From NCBI GenBank assembly GCA_018819405.1, contig JAHJQF010000001.1:753469-817468 (forward strand): DNA of 64,000 nucleotides, given 5' to 3'. The stretch comes from Patescibacteria group bacterium. Its GTDB lineage: Bacteria; Patescibacteriota; Patescibacteriia; UBA1558; GWA2-36-10. Of the stretch, positions 31,289-40,880 are shown piece by piece; the stretch's first letter is position 1, and every line of letters starts with the position of its first letter. The position numbers and the translations under genes are program-made. The notes beneath the pieces are model-generated. The model was given only the letters and a program-made list of their open reading frames with translations. It made no database searches and had not been told where the DNA came from.

Positions 31289-31312
31289 CCTCCACCATCG
31301 AGGCCTCCGACT

Positions 31313-31346
31313 GCCGCCCCGGCATCACAACTGGGGCGGCTTTTTT
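31313..31346 (+). terminator. Intrinsic terminator of cassette 1
   Basis: gccgcccc-N12-ggggcggc-tttttt. Confidence 0.85.
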
Positions 31347-31440
31347 AACCCCCTAAATCCCCCTTTACAGGGGGACTTTTTGAAACTAAAAACCTCCCCT
31401 GTTAAGGGGAGGCGCCGAGCTTAGCTCGACGGAGGGGTTA
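31347..31440. repeat. REP-like palindromic element (CCCCCTAAATCCCCCTT...AGGGGGAC type)
   Basis: Paired hairpins tccccct/aggggga and cctcccct/aggggagg, enclosed by aacccc...ggggtt. Confidence 0.7.
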
Positions 31441-31442
31441 AT

Positions 31443-31856
31443 TTAACGTTTTGACCATTGTGGAGCACGACGGGCTTTACGCAAGCCTGGTTTTTTTCTT
31501 TCTTTGATTCTGGAATCACGAGTCAAAAATCCTTCTTTTCGTAAACTGGTACGTAATTCTTCGTCAGTGGCTAAAAGTGCCTTGGCAATACCATGTCTAA
31601 TGGCGTCTACTTGCCCTCGCACTCCTCCACCATGGGTTTTGATTGAAATATTAATATTTTCACGTCCAGCTAGTTTTAGAGGTTTGAGAATCTCTTCTTG
31701 CCACTCAATATAATTTAGGTATTCTTTATAGTCTTTATCATTGATGGTAATTTTGATACCTTTTGAATTATCTTTCATAATCCTAACTCTGGCAATAGCG
31801 CTTTTTCTTTTACCAGTAGCTGGGGTGAAATCTTTATTTTCTTTCTTAACTGCCAT
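31443..31856 (-). CDS. rpsI: 30S ribosomal protein S9
   Basis: ATGKRKSAIARV, GFLTRDSRIKERKKPG, PQWSKR. Confidence 0.97.
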   Translation of the reverse strand: MAVKKENKDFTPATGKRKSAIARVRIMKDNSKGIKITINDKDYKEYLNYIEWQEEILKPLKLAGRENINISIKTHGGGVRGQVDAIRHGIAKALLATDEELRTSLRKEGFLTRDSRIKERKKPGLRKARRAPQWSKR

Positions 31857-31858
31857 AG

Positions 31859-32206
31859 TTAGTTTATTTTTAATCTTTTAATCATATGTGGCCTGAGTTT
31901 GTTCTTTGGGAGCATATCATAAACCATGCTCTTTAAAACTGCGGCTGGTTCATTAGCCATCATGTCCTTGAGATTTTTGGTACGAATTCCTCCTGGATAT
32001 CCAGTGGTTCTATAATAAACTTTGGTTTCCAATTTTTTGCCAGAAAACTTCATATCTTTGACATTGTCAATTTCTACAATATCACCGCCATCAATATGTG
32101 GCTGATAAGAGGCTTTATTTTTACCTTGTAGCAAAACAGCAATCTGGCTGGCTAATCTACCGGCAATCTGGCCACTGGCATCAATTTTGTGTGTCATTCT
32201 TTCCAT
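31859..32206 (-). CDS. rplM: 50S ribosomal protein L13
   Basis: IDASGQIAGRLAS, YYRTTGYPGG, MLPKNKL. Confidence 0.96.
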   Translation of the reverse strand: MERMTHKIDASGQIAGRLASQIAVLLQGKNKASYQPHIDGGDIVEIDNVKDMKFSGKKLETKVYYRTTGYPGGIRTKNLKDMMANEPAAVLKSMVYDMLPKNKLRPHMIKRLKIN

Positions 32207-32221
32207 ATTTTTACACTGAGT

Positions 32222-32572
32222 TTATACAAATTCAATTTGAGACATAGGAGCTCCGTCACCTTGGCGAGGTCCAATTTTTATTATTCTAGTATATCCGCCT
32301 TTTCTTTCTTTATATCTTGGTCCCAAGACATCCAAAATCTTTTGAGTAGCCTTGGTATCATGCAAAGTTTTGTTGATTTGTTGCTTATTGTGGACGGATT
32401 TTACTTTACCACGGGTAATAAGCTTTTCTACAATTGGTCTGATTTCTTTGGCCTTGGCGTCGGTAGTAACTACCTTTTCATAAAGAACCAAAGAAGTAGC
32501 CAAATTATCCAACATAGCTTTTCGTGGTGCTTTTTCTCTACCAAATTTTCTACCTACTTTATTATGTCTCAT
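32222..32572 (-). CDS. rplQ: 50S ribosomal protein L17
   Basis: MRHNK, TTDAKAKE, GGYTRIIK, RQGDGAPM. Confidence 0.97.
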   Translation of the reverse strand: MRHNKVGRKFGREKAPRKAMLDNLATSLVLYEKVVTTDAKAKEIRPIVEKLITRGKVKSVHNKQQINKTLHDTKATQKILDVLGPRYKERKGGYTRIIKIGPRQGDGAPMSQIEFV

Positions 32573-32595
32573 ATTATACTGAATTTAACAAACTA

Positions 32596-33369
32596 TTATT
32601 TTTCTTCTTCTTTATCTTCTTTAGCTTTAGCTGTTTTTTTGGCAGCTTTTTTTGGTTTTTCCTCTACCACTTCCACCTCTTCAGTTTGAACAAAAAAATT
32701 GAACTGTTCACGAAGTATATCAGCGGCTCTAGAGATTGCAGTAGCGGCATCAATGGTACCATCAGTCAGCATATCCAAAGTGACTTTTTCATAATTGGTC
32801 ATTTCTCCAACCCGAACGTGAGCCATCTCAAAACCAACGTTCAAAACTGGTGAAAAACTGGCATCAATAGCTATAGTACCAATTTCCAATTTCTCTTGCT
32901 CATCACGCTGCTCTACAGTGACATAGCCTCTACCTTGCTCTACAGTAATTTCCATTTCAAATTTGGCAGATTTTTCAGTAATAGTAGCAATGACCAAATC
33001 AGTATTTACAATCTCTACATCTGAATTCTTTTTTATGTCTTGGGCAGTGACTACTTTTTCTCCTTTGACATCAATAGATAATTTTATTGGTTCTTCAGAA
33101 AAACATTTTAGCCTAAGTTGCTTCAAATTTAGCATTATTTCGACCAGGTCTTCCTTGACGCCATCAACAGAATCAAATTCGTGCTGTGCGCCTTCAATCT
33201 TGAAGGCAGTGACAGCTGCACCTTCTAATGATGACAAAAGCACTCTACGAAGAGCGTTGCCTACAGTCACACCAAAGCCTGGAAAAAAAGGTTCAATCAC
33301 TACTTGGTAGCGATTATCTTTGAGGTCTTTGATATTGACTTCCTCTGGTAAACTAATTTGTTTGATCAT
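32596..33369 (-). CDS. rpoA: RNA polymerase alpha subunit, NTD only (no alpha-CTD)
   Basis: PFFPGFGVTVGNALRRVLLSS, GRGYV, IDASFSPV; ends in a Lys/Glu tail after the dimerisation helix. Confidence 0.95.
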   Translation of the reverse strand: MIKQISLPEEVNIKDLKDNRYQVVIEPFFPGFGVTVGNALRRVLLSSLEGAAVTAFKIEGAQHEFDSVDGVKEDLVEIMLNLKQLRLKCFSEEPIKLSIDVKGEKVVTAQDIKKNSDVEIVNTDLVIATITEKSAKFEMEITVEQGRGYVTVEQRDEQEKLEIGTIAIDASFSPVLNVGFEMAHVRVGEMTNYEKVTLDMLTDGTIDAATAISRAADILREQFNFFVQTEEVEVVEEKPKKAAKKTAKAKEDKEEEK

Positions 33370-33389
33370 AGCCCTATTTTTAGTTTTTA

Positions 33390-33998
33390 TTAACGTGAAT
33401 AAAAGTCTACTATTAATGGGGTATCAATATTTTGTGGCAAATCATCTTTGTTTGGCAAGCTATTTACAGTAATAGACACGGCTTTTCTGTCCAGTGCCAA
33501 CCAAGCAGCTGGCTCAACATTATCTATCTTTTCAGCCAATGTTTTCCAATACCCTTTATTTAATTTATTATCTTTTACTTTGATTACTTGACCAACTTTG
33601 ACACGAAATGACGGAATATCAGTCTTGTTGCCATCTACAGTAAAATGTCCATGATTGACAAGCTGTCTAGCCAATCTTCTGGTCTGAGCCAAACCAGCAC
33701 GGTATACTACGTTGTCCAAGCGACTTTCCAAAAGCACTAGAAAGTTTTGTCCCAAATCACCCGACATTTTATGAGCATCATCAAAAGTCAGTTTAAATTG
33801 TTTTTCCAAAATACCATAAATGGCTTTGGCTTTTTGCTTTTCAATTAATTGACGTCCATATTCAGAAGTCTTGGCAAAGGTCTTTTTTTGACCATGCATG
33901 CCTGACGGATAATTTTTCCTTGGATCTTTCAAAGTATCGGCTACGTTTTCGCCAAATCTTCTACTTGCTTTGTGTCGGGGTTTTAGATTTCTTGCCAT
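33390..33998 (-). CDS. rpsD: 30S ribosomal protein S4
   Basis: SEYGRQLIEKQK, LESRLDNVVYR, ARQLVNHGH. Confidence 0.97.
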   Translation of the reverse strand: MARNLKPRHKASRRFGENVADTLKDPRKNYPSGMHGQKKTFAKTSEYGRQLIEKQKAKAIYGILEKQFKLTFDDAHKMSGDLGQNFLVLLESRLDNVVYRAGLAQTRRLARQLVNHGHFTVDGNKTDIPSFRVKVGQVIKVKDNKLNKGYWKTLAEKIDNVEPAAWLALDRKAVSITVNSLPNKDDLPQNIDTPLIVDFYSR

Positions 33999-34082
33999 CT
34001 TAATTAATAGGTTAATAGCTTAATTGATTAATAGGATAATAGAGCAATTAATCAATTAGCCAATTATGCAATTATACAATTA

Positions 34083-34469
34083 TTAAACTCTTCTTGTTTT
34101 CTTAGGTCTGCAACCATTATGTGGAATAGGAGTGACGTCTTTGATTGAACCAATAGTCAAACCATTGGCATGCAAAGCACGAATAGCAGCCTCACGACCA
34201 GCACCTACACCTTTGACAAAAACATCTACTTCTTGAAGTCCAAAATCTTTGGTTTTTTCAATAGCGTTTTTGACAATAATACCAGCGGCATAAGGAGTAG
34301 CTTTTTTAGGACCCTTAAAACCGTTCATACCGGCAGATGACCAGGCCAAAGTATTGCCCTGAGCATCAGCTAAAGTAATAATAGTATTATTATAAGTAGC
34401 CTGGATATGAGCCTGGCCTTTCTTAACACTCTTTTTAACTTTTTTCTTGGATTTTACTTTTGTTACCAT
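34083..34469 (-). CDS. rpsK: 30S ribosomal protein S11
   Basis: [29 protein letters not shown]. Confidence 0.97.
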   Translation of the reverse strand: MVTKVKSKKKVKKSVKKGQAHIQATYNNTIITLADAQGNTLAWSSAGMNGFKGPKKATPYAAGIIVKNAIEKTKDFGLQEVDVFVKGVGAGREAAIRALHANGLTIGSIKDVTPIPHNGCRPKKTRRV

Positions 34470-34496
34470 ATTATAAAAATAATCTATAATCTAAAA

Positions 34497-34886
34497 TTAG
34501 GTCTTTTGAGCAGATGGCGCACGTCCACTACCCATGGTCAGACGTTTGTTGCCGCGTACTGTACGAGAATTAGTCTTGGTCCTCTGACCTTTGACTGGCA
34601 AACCTTTGGCGTGTCTGACGCCTCGATAAGCTTTTATTTCTTTTAATCTTTTTATATTTGCGGATTTTTCACGACGTAATTCACCTTCTACTCTCATAGA
34701 TTCAATAAGCTTACGAAGTTTGTTGACTTCTTCGTCTTTCAAATCTTTAACGCGGGAATTTTTGTCTATACCAGCTTGTCTGATAATTTTTTGAGAAGAA
34801 GTAAGACCAACACCATAAATATAGGTAAGGGCTATTTCTACTCTTTTATCATTTGGTATGTTTACACCTGAAATTCTTACTGCCAT
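34497..34886 (-). CDS. rpsM: 30S ribosomal protein S13
   Basis: RISGVNIP, ALTYIYGVG, GLPVKGQRTKTNSRT. Confidence 0.97.
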   Translation of the reverse strand: MAVRISGVNIPNDKRVEIALTYIYGVGLTSSQKIIRQAGIDKNSRVKDLKDEEVNKLRKLIESMRVEGELRREKSANIKRLKEIKAYRGVRHAKGLPVKGQRTKTNSRTVRGNKRLTMGSGRAPSAQKT

Positions 34887-34895
34887 AAAAATATA

Positions 34896-35009
34896 TTAAC
34901 CTTGTCTTTGTTTATGTTTAGGGTTCTTACAAATACAAACTACACGATTTTTCCTACGGGTAATCTTGCAGTCTTTACACATTTTTTTTACTGATGCTCT
35001 AACTTTCAT
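34896..35009 (-). CDS. rpmJ: 50S ribosomal protein L36 (below ORF-track cutoff)
   Basis: Manual translation [37 protein letters not shown]. Confidence 0.97.
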   Translation of the reverse strand: MKVRASVKKMCKDCKITRRKNRVVCICKNPKHKQRQG

Positions 35010-35012
35010 ATT

Positions 35013-35249
35013 TTATTTCCTATATGTTACTCTTCCCTTGGTCATATCATAAGGGCTCATCTCAATAGTTACTTTATCACCTGGCAAAATACGAATTTTG
35101 TACATCCGAAGCTTACCGGCTAGGTGAGCCAAAATCTCATGGCCATTATCTAAGACCACCTTGAAATTGGCATTGGGCAAAAGTTCAATAACCTCCCCAT
35201 CCATTTCTAGAAACCCTTTTTTGTTTACTTTTGGCTCTTGTTCTGCCAT
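35013..35249 (-). CDS. infA: Translation initiation factor IF-1
   Basis: [40 protein letters not shown]. Confidence 0.97.
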   Translation of the reverse strand: MAEQEPKVNKKGFLEMDGEVIELLPNANFKVVLDNGHEILAHLAGKLRMYKIRILPGDKVTIEMSPYDMTKGRVTYRK

Positions 35250-35356
35250 TTATTTTATAAAAAAAGAAATTCATCTATGACTCTTAATAAGTCATTAGAA
35301 TTTTCTTTAAAATCAGCAAAAATGCTTATTTATTGATATATAATTAACGCCCCTAT

Positions 35357-35384
35357 ATTATACAGATTTTTTTCAAAAAGTCAA
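35357..35384 (-). promoter_or_regulatory. Sigma70 promoter of the infA-rpsI operon (TTGACT-N16-TATAAT)
   Basis: Minus strand TTGACT ttttgaaaaaaatctg TATAAT, about 110 nt upstream of infA. Confidence 0.6.
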
Positions 35385-35541
35385 TGATTTATAGGTCAAA
35401 ATCTATTTTTTGATATTTTTAGCTAATGTTAGCCTCTTTTAGAAATTTAATAACAACTAATCTAAACTAATATCTATAAACTGATGAACAACTATTTTGC
35501 TTCTAGATATAAAAAATTACTAAAATTAATTTCTAATAGGC

Positions 35542-36462
35542 TTAGATAATAAGTTGGACTTCTTCCATTAATTGAATGCCATACTTATCACGAACCTGTT
35601 GTTTGATAAAAGAAATAAGCATAATAACTTGCTCGGCTGTAGCTGAACCCAAATTAACAATATAATTACCGTGTATTTCTGAAATTTGAGCATCCCCTAT
35701 CTTGTGCCCTTTTAAACCAGCTCTTTCTATCATGTAAGCGGCTGGTATTTTTTTGTACTGGCTAAATTTTTCAATATCTATATTTCTAGCTTTCAAGGCT
35801 TCTAAGTCTACATCTTCAAAACGGATATTTTTAAAAATACAACCAGCTGATGGCAAATTTGGTTGGGTATCTTGTCTATATTTTAATCTCTCAGCTACTA
35901 GTGCCCGTGCGGCCGCCACATCACCTTTTTTAAGATTAAGCTCAGCTTCTACTATAATATAAGGATTTTCTTTAAAAATACTATGCCTATAGGAAAAATT
36001 GGCTTGGTCTTTTTCCATTTCTTTGAGTTCAAAGTTTTGGTCTATATATTGTATTTTATTGACCACACTGTCCATAGCCAGGCCATAAGTGCCAGCATTA
36101 CCACGGATTGCGCCGCCCACTGTGCCCGGTATACCGGCGGCAAACTCCAAACCTATCAAATTATTATCCAAGGCTTGATTGAGTAAATAGGCCAAGACTA
36201 CCCCAGAACCAACTATAATTTTTTCTCCATCAAACTCCAACTTGTCCAAAGTCAGCTTAAGCACCAGACCTTTTAAGCCTTGATCAGAAATCAACATATT
36301 ACTACCTCCACCCAAAACTTTGACCGGCTGATTATTTTCCTTTGCCCATTTGAGAGCTTCAGTCAAATCTTTTATAGTTTTTGCATTAACAAAAAATTCT
36401 GCCGGACCGCCAATTTTAAAAGTTGTATATTTTTTTAAGACTACGTTTTTTTCTAATTTCAT
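35542..36462 (-). CDS. murB: UDP-N-acetylmuramate dehydrogenase
   Basis: TTFKIGGPA, LGGGSN, GIPGTVGGAIRGNAG, PSAGCIFKN. Confidence 0.96.
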   Translation of the reverse strand: MKLEKNVVLKKYTTFKIGGPAEFFVNAKTIKDLTEALKWAKENNQPVKVLGGGSNMLISDQGLKGLVLKLTLDKLEFDGEKIIVGSGVVLAYLLNQALDNNLIGLEFAAGIPGTVGGAIRGNAGTYGLAMDSVVNKIQYIDQNFELKEMEKDQANFSYRHSIFKENPYIIVEAELNLKKGDVAAARALVAERLKYRQDTQPNLPSAGCIFKNIRFEDVDLEALKARNIDIEKFSQYKKIPAAYMIERAGLKGHKIGDAQISEIHGNYIVNLGSATAEQVIMLISFIKQQVRDKYGIQLMEEVQLII

Positions 36463-36482
36463 AAAATAATATTTTTATATTT

Positions 36483-36598
36483 GTCATTCTGAACTTGTTT
36501 CAGAATCTCTAATTTATTAGCCTTCATCATCTGGAGATGCCGAAGTACCCGCCTGCCATGAATACCGTCAGGCATGTCGGGCAGAAATTCGGCATGAC
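36483..36598. repeat. REP-like element GTCATTCTGAAC...ATGAC with a nested insert
   Basis: gtcattctgaacttgtttcagaatct ... gagatgccgaa[insert]aaattcggcatgac; same family as 41911 and 58846. Confidence 0.75.
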
Positions 36599-36614
36599 AA
36601 AAGCTTAATACTGA

Positions 36615-37211
36615 TTATTTTTCTATCACTATAAATTCTCCTTCTTGCAAAGCATGGATGGGTAAATTTTTGTCACCATAGCTCTCAAGCTCCTGATACG
36701 CCTTGTCCCAGTCCACAGGCCCGCGAGGGTCATCTATACCATAATCTGATTTATAATGCGGTATAAACCTAATTGGCAAAATCCCCAAACCGTCCATACA
36801 TTGTCGCCAATCGCAAGTCCAAAAATGTTTGACCAAGACATCAGCGCCAGCCGAAGAACCAGCTACTACTTTGCCGACAAATAAATTTTTTAGATCAAAC
36901 TTTGACAACCAATATTTGACCAAAGTATCATCACCTCCGTGTATGATAATTGCCTGATTATTTGCAACTTGTTTTTCAAACTGATCTGGGGTCGCCATTT
37001 CAAAAGTTGCTTTTATGCCTTTTGGCATAAGCTGAGCCAATGATTCTGATTTTTCAGCAAAAGAAATTTCCCAGTCTTCTCTTTTTTGCGCCCAAAAGCA
37101 TAATAAAATTTTTGGCTTGTTACCCAAATCTTTGACTATTTCTGCTAAATATTTTTTGTGCTTGTCCGGATTGTTTCTCAGGCCACCGGAATTGATAATA
37201 TATTTGGTCAT
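36615..37211 (-). CDS. Peptidase S51/peptidase E-like (class I glutamine amidotransferase fold)
   Basis: IHGGD, GSSAGA nucleophile elbow, GLGIL..FIPHY. Confidence 0.8.
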   Translation of the reverse strand: MTKYIINSGGLRNNPDKHKKYLAEIVKDLGNKPKILLCFWAQKREDWEISFAEKSESLAQLMPKGIKATFEMATPDQFEKQVANNQAIIIHGGDDTLVKYWLSKFDLKNLFVGKVVAGSSAGADVLVKHFWTCDWRQCMDGLGILPIRFIPHYKSDYGIDDPRGPVDWDKAYQELESYGDKNLPIHALQEGEFIVIEK

Positions 37212-37996
37212 AATTTATTTTTTATCCACTTGTCAAAAATATGATAAATTTCTTCTAGATGCTTTGACTCTCTGAAAGTATGACTACTACCTTGGATAAT
37301 ATGCAATTCTTTGTCACTATTTATCTTATCATAGATAATTTTCTGATATTTGGGAATCATCAATGGATCTTCGCTGCCGACTATCATTAGTATTGGTATA
37401 GTCACTTTTGGTAATATTGGTAAAATGTCATATAAAACTATGTCATTTTTAAAATTATGCCAATTTAACTTCAAGCTGACTTCCGGCTGGTTGGGATCTT
37501 TAGAAATATAATTACCAATATGCCAACCTGTTTTTTCTACTTCGGCTACTTTGTCTGGCGGCAAAAATCTTTCCAAAACTTTTTGACCGTTGTAAGCTAC
37601 AGCTAAGGGCGCTATGGCTTTTACTTTTTTTGTATAATTATCAAGATAGATCATAACACTGGCCGCTCCTGCGCTATGTCCCACCAGGACAAAAGGCTCC
37701 TCGTACCACAATTGTTTACTAGTCCAGTTAACTACATCTTCCAAATCCTGATAATAAGAAGTCTGCGTCGCCGTAGAAAAATCACCTTCGCTCTCCCCAA
37801 TGCTGTCGGCGGCATCAAAGATAATAGTAGTATAATTATTTTCTATAAACGCTTTATTGATAATTTGGACATGAGATTGTTCTTTAAAACCTCCCAATCC
37901 ATGACAAATGAAAACTAAGCCTTTTTGATTTTTGGCTATCTCTACAATGACTGATAATTTTTCTCCTTGACGATTTTTGATAAATAATTTTTTCAT
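37208..37996 (-). CDS. Alpha/beta hydrolase
   Basis: CHGLGG, GHSAG, IVGSED, SSHTF catalytic triad motifs. Confidence 0.9.
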   Translation of the reverse strand: MKKLFIKNRQGEKLSVIVEIAKNQKGLVFICHGLGGFKEQSHVQIINKAFIENNYTTIIFDAADSIGESEGDFSTATQTSYYQDLEDVVNWTSKQLWYEEPFVLVGHSAGAASVMIYLDNYTKKVKAIAPLAVAYNGQKVLERFLPPDKVAEVEKTGWHIGNYISKDPNQPEVSLKLNWHNFKNDIVLYDILPILPKVTIPILMIVGSEDPLMIPKYQKIIYDKINSDKELHIIQGSSHTFRESKHLEEIYHIFDKWIKNKL

Positions 37997-38598
37997 AAAC
38001 CAAGTTTTTCTTTTATAATCTCAAACATTAATTTATGTCCATCTGCGTTGGGATGTAATCCGTCGTGTAATAATTTTTTATAATCTTTTTGTTTTAAAAA
38101 TTCAGAATATATATCTATATAACTTAGATTATTTTGCTTACAAATATCTTTTATAATTTTATTATTATTCTCAATACGATTATTATTATAATTTCTATTA
38201 ATGTGCCACGGTATTGGATTTGTTTTTGTTTCATCAACAGGCGTACAACTTAAAAATATTATTTTATTAGTAAAATATTTAGCCTGGGAAATCAATTCTT
38301 TAATATTATTTTTAAAATCCAGATTAGATACTCTAACTTTCTTTTCTTTATTTAAATATTGACTATCATTTATACCAATAGCAAAAACTATAATATCTGG
38401 ATTCCTAACCTCTGCTTCTGCTTTAAATCTATCTAGGACTTCTCCTGATATGTCACCGGAAATACTCATATTATAAACACGATGATCTCTATCTTGTTTT
38501 CGCAAATATGTAGTCAATCTACTAACCCAGCCACCAAGTTCCATATCACCGGCTCCATAAGCTATACTATCTCCCCAGATGCAAATTTTTTTGCCCAT
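37993..38598 (-). CDS. SGNH/GDSL hydrolase
   Basis: WGDSIAYG, IGIND, DGLHPN. Confidence 0.92.
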   Translation of the reverse strand: MGKKICIWGDSIAYGAGDMELGGWVSRLTTYLRKQDRDHRVYNMSISGDISGEVLDRFKAEAEVRNPDIIVFAIGINDSQYLNKEKKVRVSNLDFKNNIKELISQAKYFTNKIIFLSCTPVDETKTNPIPWHINRNYNNNRIENNNKIIKDICKQNNLSYIDIYSEFLKQKDYKKLLHDGLHPNADGHKLMFEIIKEKLGL

Positions 38599-38603
38599 AA
38601 TAA

Positions 38604-39959
38604 TTAATCAATTATTTCTCTAGCTAGATTATCAATATCCCCTGCTCCAATAAACAAAATCACACTGTCAGTAGGATTGATGGTTTTCAAAATATTTTTT
38701 ATTTCTTTGAAATCACGGGCAAAATATTTTTTTGAGTTGAGCATTTTGTCAATTATATCCTGACCAGATACTTTATCTATTTTTTTATCCTCCCGGCCAG
38801 CCACATGATAGACCTCAGAAATTATCACCTGATCAGCTAGATAAAATGCCTTGGCAAACTGATCCAGAAGTGTCTTGGTTCGATTGTGATGATGAGGTTG
38901 AAAAACAGCAATTATTTTTTTGTCCGGATAAAAATCTTTGGCTCCGCGTAGCAAACCAACGATTGCATCAGGATGATGAGCATAATCTGATACCACAATA
39001 TTTGATTTTATATTTCCAATTATTTCAAAACGCCGCCAAGTACCTTTGAAATCACTCAAACAATTCCAAATCTGATGTTTGTTTACATTCAGATAATCAG
39101 CCACTGCTGTAGCTGACAGGGCGTTGTAGACGTTGTAGAGTCCTGGCACTGACAATTCTAATTTTTCTAACTTATTAGTATCAAATATTTGTTTGCCATC
39201 CTCTATCTCCAAATTTTTGAAAAAGTAATCAGCTTTTTCTGATTTACCATAGGTCAAAGTCTGACCGCTATATTTTATATTTTGACTATTTTTGTCATCA
39301 ATATTTTTGACTAGCAAGCCGTCAGGCGGCAACTTGGCCACAAATTTTTGAAAATGTTTTTTGATATCCGACAAATCTTTATAATAATCCAAATGATCTT
39401 CGGCAATATTGGTAATAACAATTATATTGGGATCAAGCTCTAGCATATGAGCTTGCCATTCGCAGGCTTCAACTACCAATATATCAGACTCTCCCAGCCT
39501 AAAATTACTACCCCACTGTGGCACTAAAGAGCCAACAATCACCGTTGGATCCAGACCGGCTTTTTCCAAACAAAGTCCCAACATAGCAGTAGTTGTGGTC
39601 TTTCCGTTGGTACCGGACACGGCAATAGTCTTATAATTTTTTGATAGCCAGCCCAAAAACTGAAAATAAGTCATAACAGGAATTTTGAGATTTTTAGCTT
39701 TGGCCAGTTCAGGATGATCGTCAGGCAAAGCTGAGGAATAGACAAATAAGTCAATGTCTTTTGGTACATTAATGGCCTTTTGCTTGAAAAAAATATTTAC
39801 TCCCGCATTTTCCAAACGTTTGGTCACTTCTGATTTGACCAAATCTGAACCAAGAACTTGTTTTTTTTGTCCCAAAAAATAATAAGCCACTGCAGACAAT
39901 CCAATGCCGCCAATGCCAGAAAGATATACCTTATTTATTTTTTGTAAATCTATGGTCAT
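38604..39959 (-). CDS. murC: UDP-N-acetylmuramate--L-alanine ligase
   Basis: GIGGIGLS, SGTNGKTTT, EDHLDYY, DYAHHP, FQPH. Confidence 0.96.
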   Translation of the reverse strand: MTIDLQKINKVYLSGIGGIGLSAVAYYFLGQKKQVLGSDLVKSEVTKRLENAGVNIFFKQKAINVPKDIDLFVYSSALPDDHPELAKAKNLKIPVMTYFQFLGWLSKNYKTIAVSGTNGKTTTTAMLGLCLEKAGLDPTVIVGSLVPQWGSNFRLGESDILVVEACEWQAHMLELDPNIIVITNIAEDHLDYYKDLSDIKKHFQKFVAKLPPDGLLVKNIDDKNSQNIKYSGQTLTYGKSEKADYFFKNLEIEDGKQIFDTNKLEKLELSVPGLYNVYNALSATAVADYLNVNKHQIWNCLSDFKGTWRRFEIIGNIKSNIVVSDYAHHPDAIVGLLRGAKDFYPDKKIIAVFQPHHHNRTKTLLDQFAKAFYLADQVIISEVYHVAGREDKKIDKVSGQDIIDKMLNSKKYFARDFKEIKNILKTINPTDSVILFIGAGDIDNLAREIID

Positions 39960-39967
39960 TTTTTTAC

Positions 39968-40879
39968 TTAAGAATAAATTAAGTTTATTGGCTTATTATT
40001 CAAATATGCCTCAATATTATCAATCATGATTTTATTACCAAGCTTGTCAGTATAATCTGTATTATAGGCAATGTGGGGTGTAGCTAATATCTTTGGATGA
40101 TTTAATAATTTTTGATAATATTCATCATCAGTAGCTCCGGCTGGCATAGTGCCTTCGTCTATAGCCGCTCTATATATTTTTCCATTGTCTAAGGCTTTAA
40201 ACATTGACTTAGCATTATATACTGTATTATTACTTACAGATACAAAGAATATCCCTTTTTCCAAGGCATTAAAAAAATTTTCATCCAACAAATTGACAGA
40301 ACTATCATTAGCGCTCAAACAATTCACAATTATTTCTTGTCCCTTAACTTTATCTATCAAATTATCCCCTCTTTTGAAAAAACTTACTTTCATTTTTAAA
40401 GCTTCACATATCTCTCCCACTCTTGTGCCAATATTACCTTTCCCTAAAATTAATATCTTTCTGTCAACCAAACTGCGTGTTGCTTGTGGAGCCTTATCTT
40501 TTGGTAAACTATTATTATCTACAAAAAATAAAAGATCTCTTAATAAATTAATAACCATACCAACAATCCATTCAGCTACAGCATCTTTATTACACCCTGG
40601 ACTATTAGCAACTTTAATATTATTTTTTTCTAAAATTTCTTTATCCAAATAAGAATAGCCTACCATAGGAAGTGATATAAATACATTTTTTAAATCTTTA
40701 TAACCGTCTTTTAATCCTGATATGCCACTACAAATAATATTAGCTCCTTTAACCCTTTCTAACCACTCATCAACTGAACTTGGCCTACTGTCATAAACAA
40801 CGACATCGCCAAGAGATTTTAATCTTCCCATATCTTCAGAAGACAGACCTAAATCATGTGTAATAACTATTTTTTTCAT
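39968..40879 (-). CDS. D-isomer-specific 2-hydroxyacid dehydrogenase family protein
   Basis: VANSPG..AVAEW, GKGNIG Rossmann motif, ATPHIAY. Confidence 0.85.
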   Translation of the reverse strand: MKKIVITHDLGLSSEDMGRLKSLGDVVVYDSRPSSVDEWLERVKGANIICSGISGLKDGYKDLKNVFISLPMVGYSYLDKEILEKNNIKVANSPGCNKDAVAEWIVGMVINLLRDLLFFVDNNSLPKDKAPQATRSLVDRKILILGKGNIGTRVGEICEALKMKVSFFKRGDNLIDKVKGQEIIVNCLSANDSSVNLLDENFFNALEKGIFFVSVSNNTVYNAKSMFKALDNGKIYRAAIDEGTMPAGATDDEYYQKLLNHPKILATPHIAYNTDYTDKLGNKIMIDNIEAYLNNKPINLIYS

Positions 40880-40880
40880 A

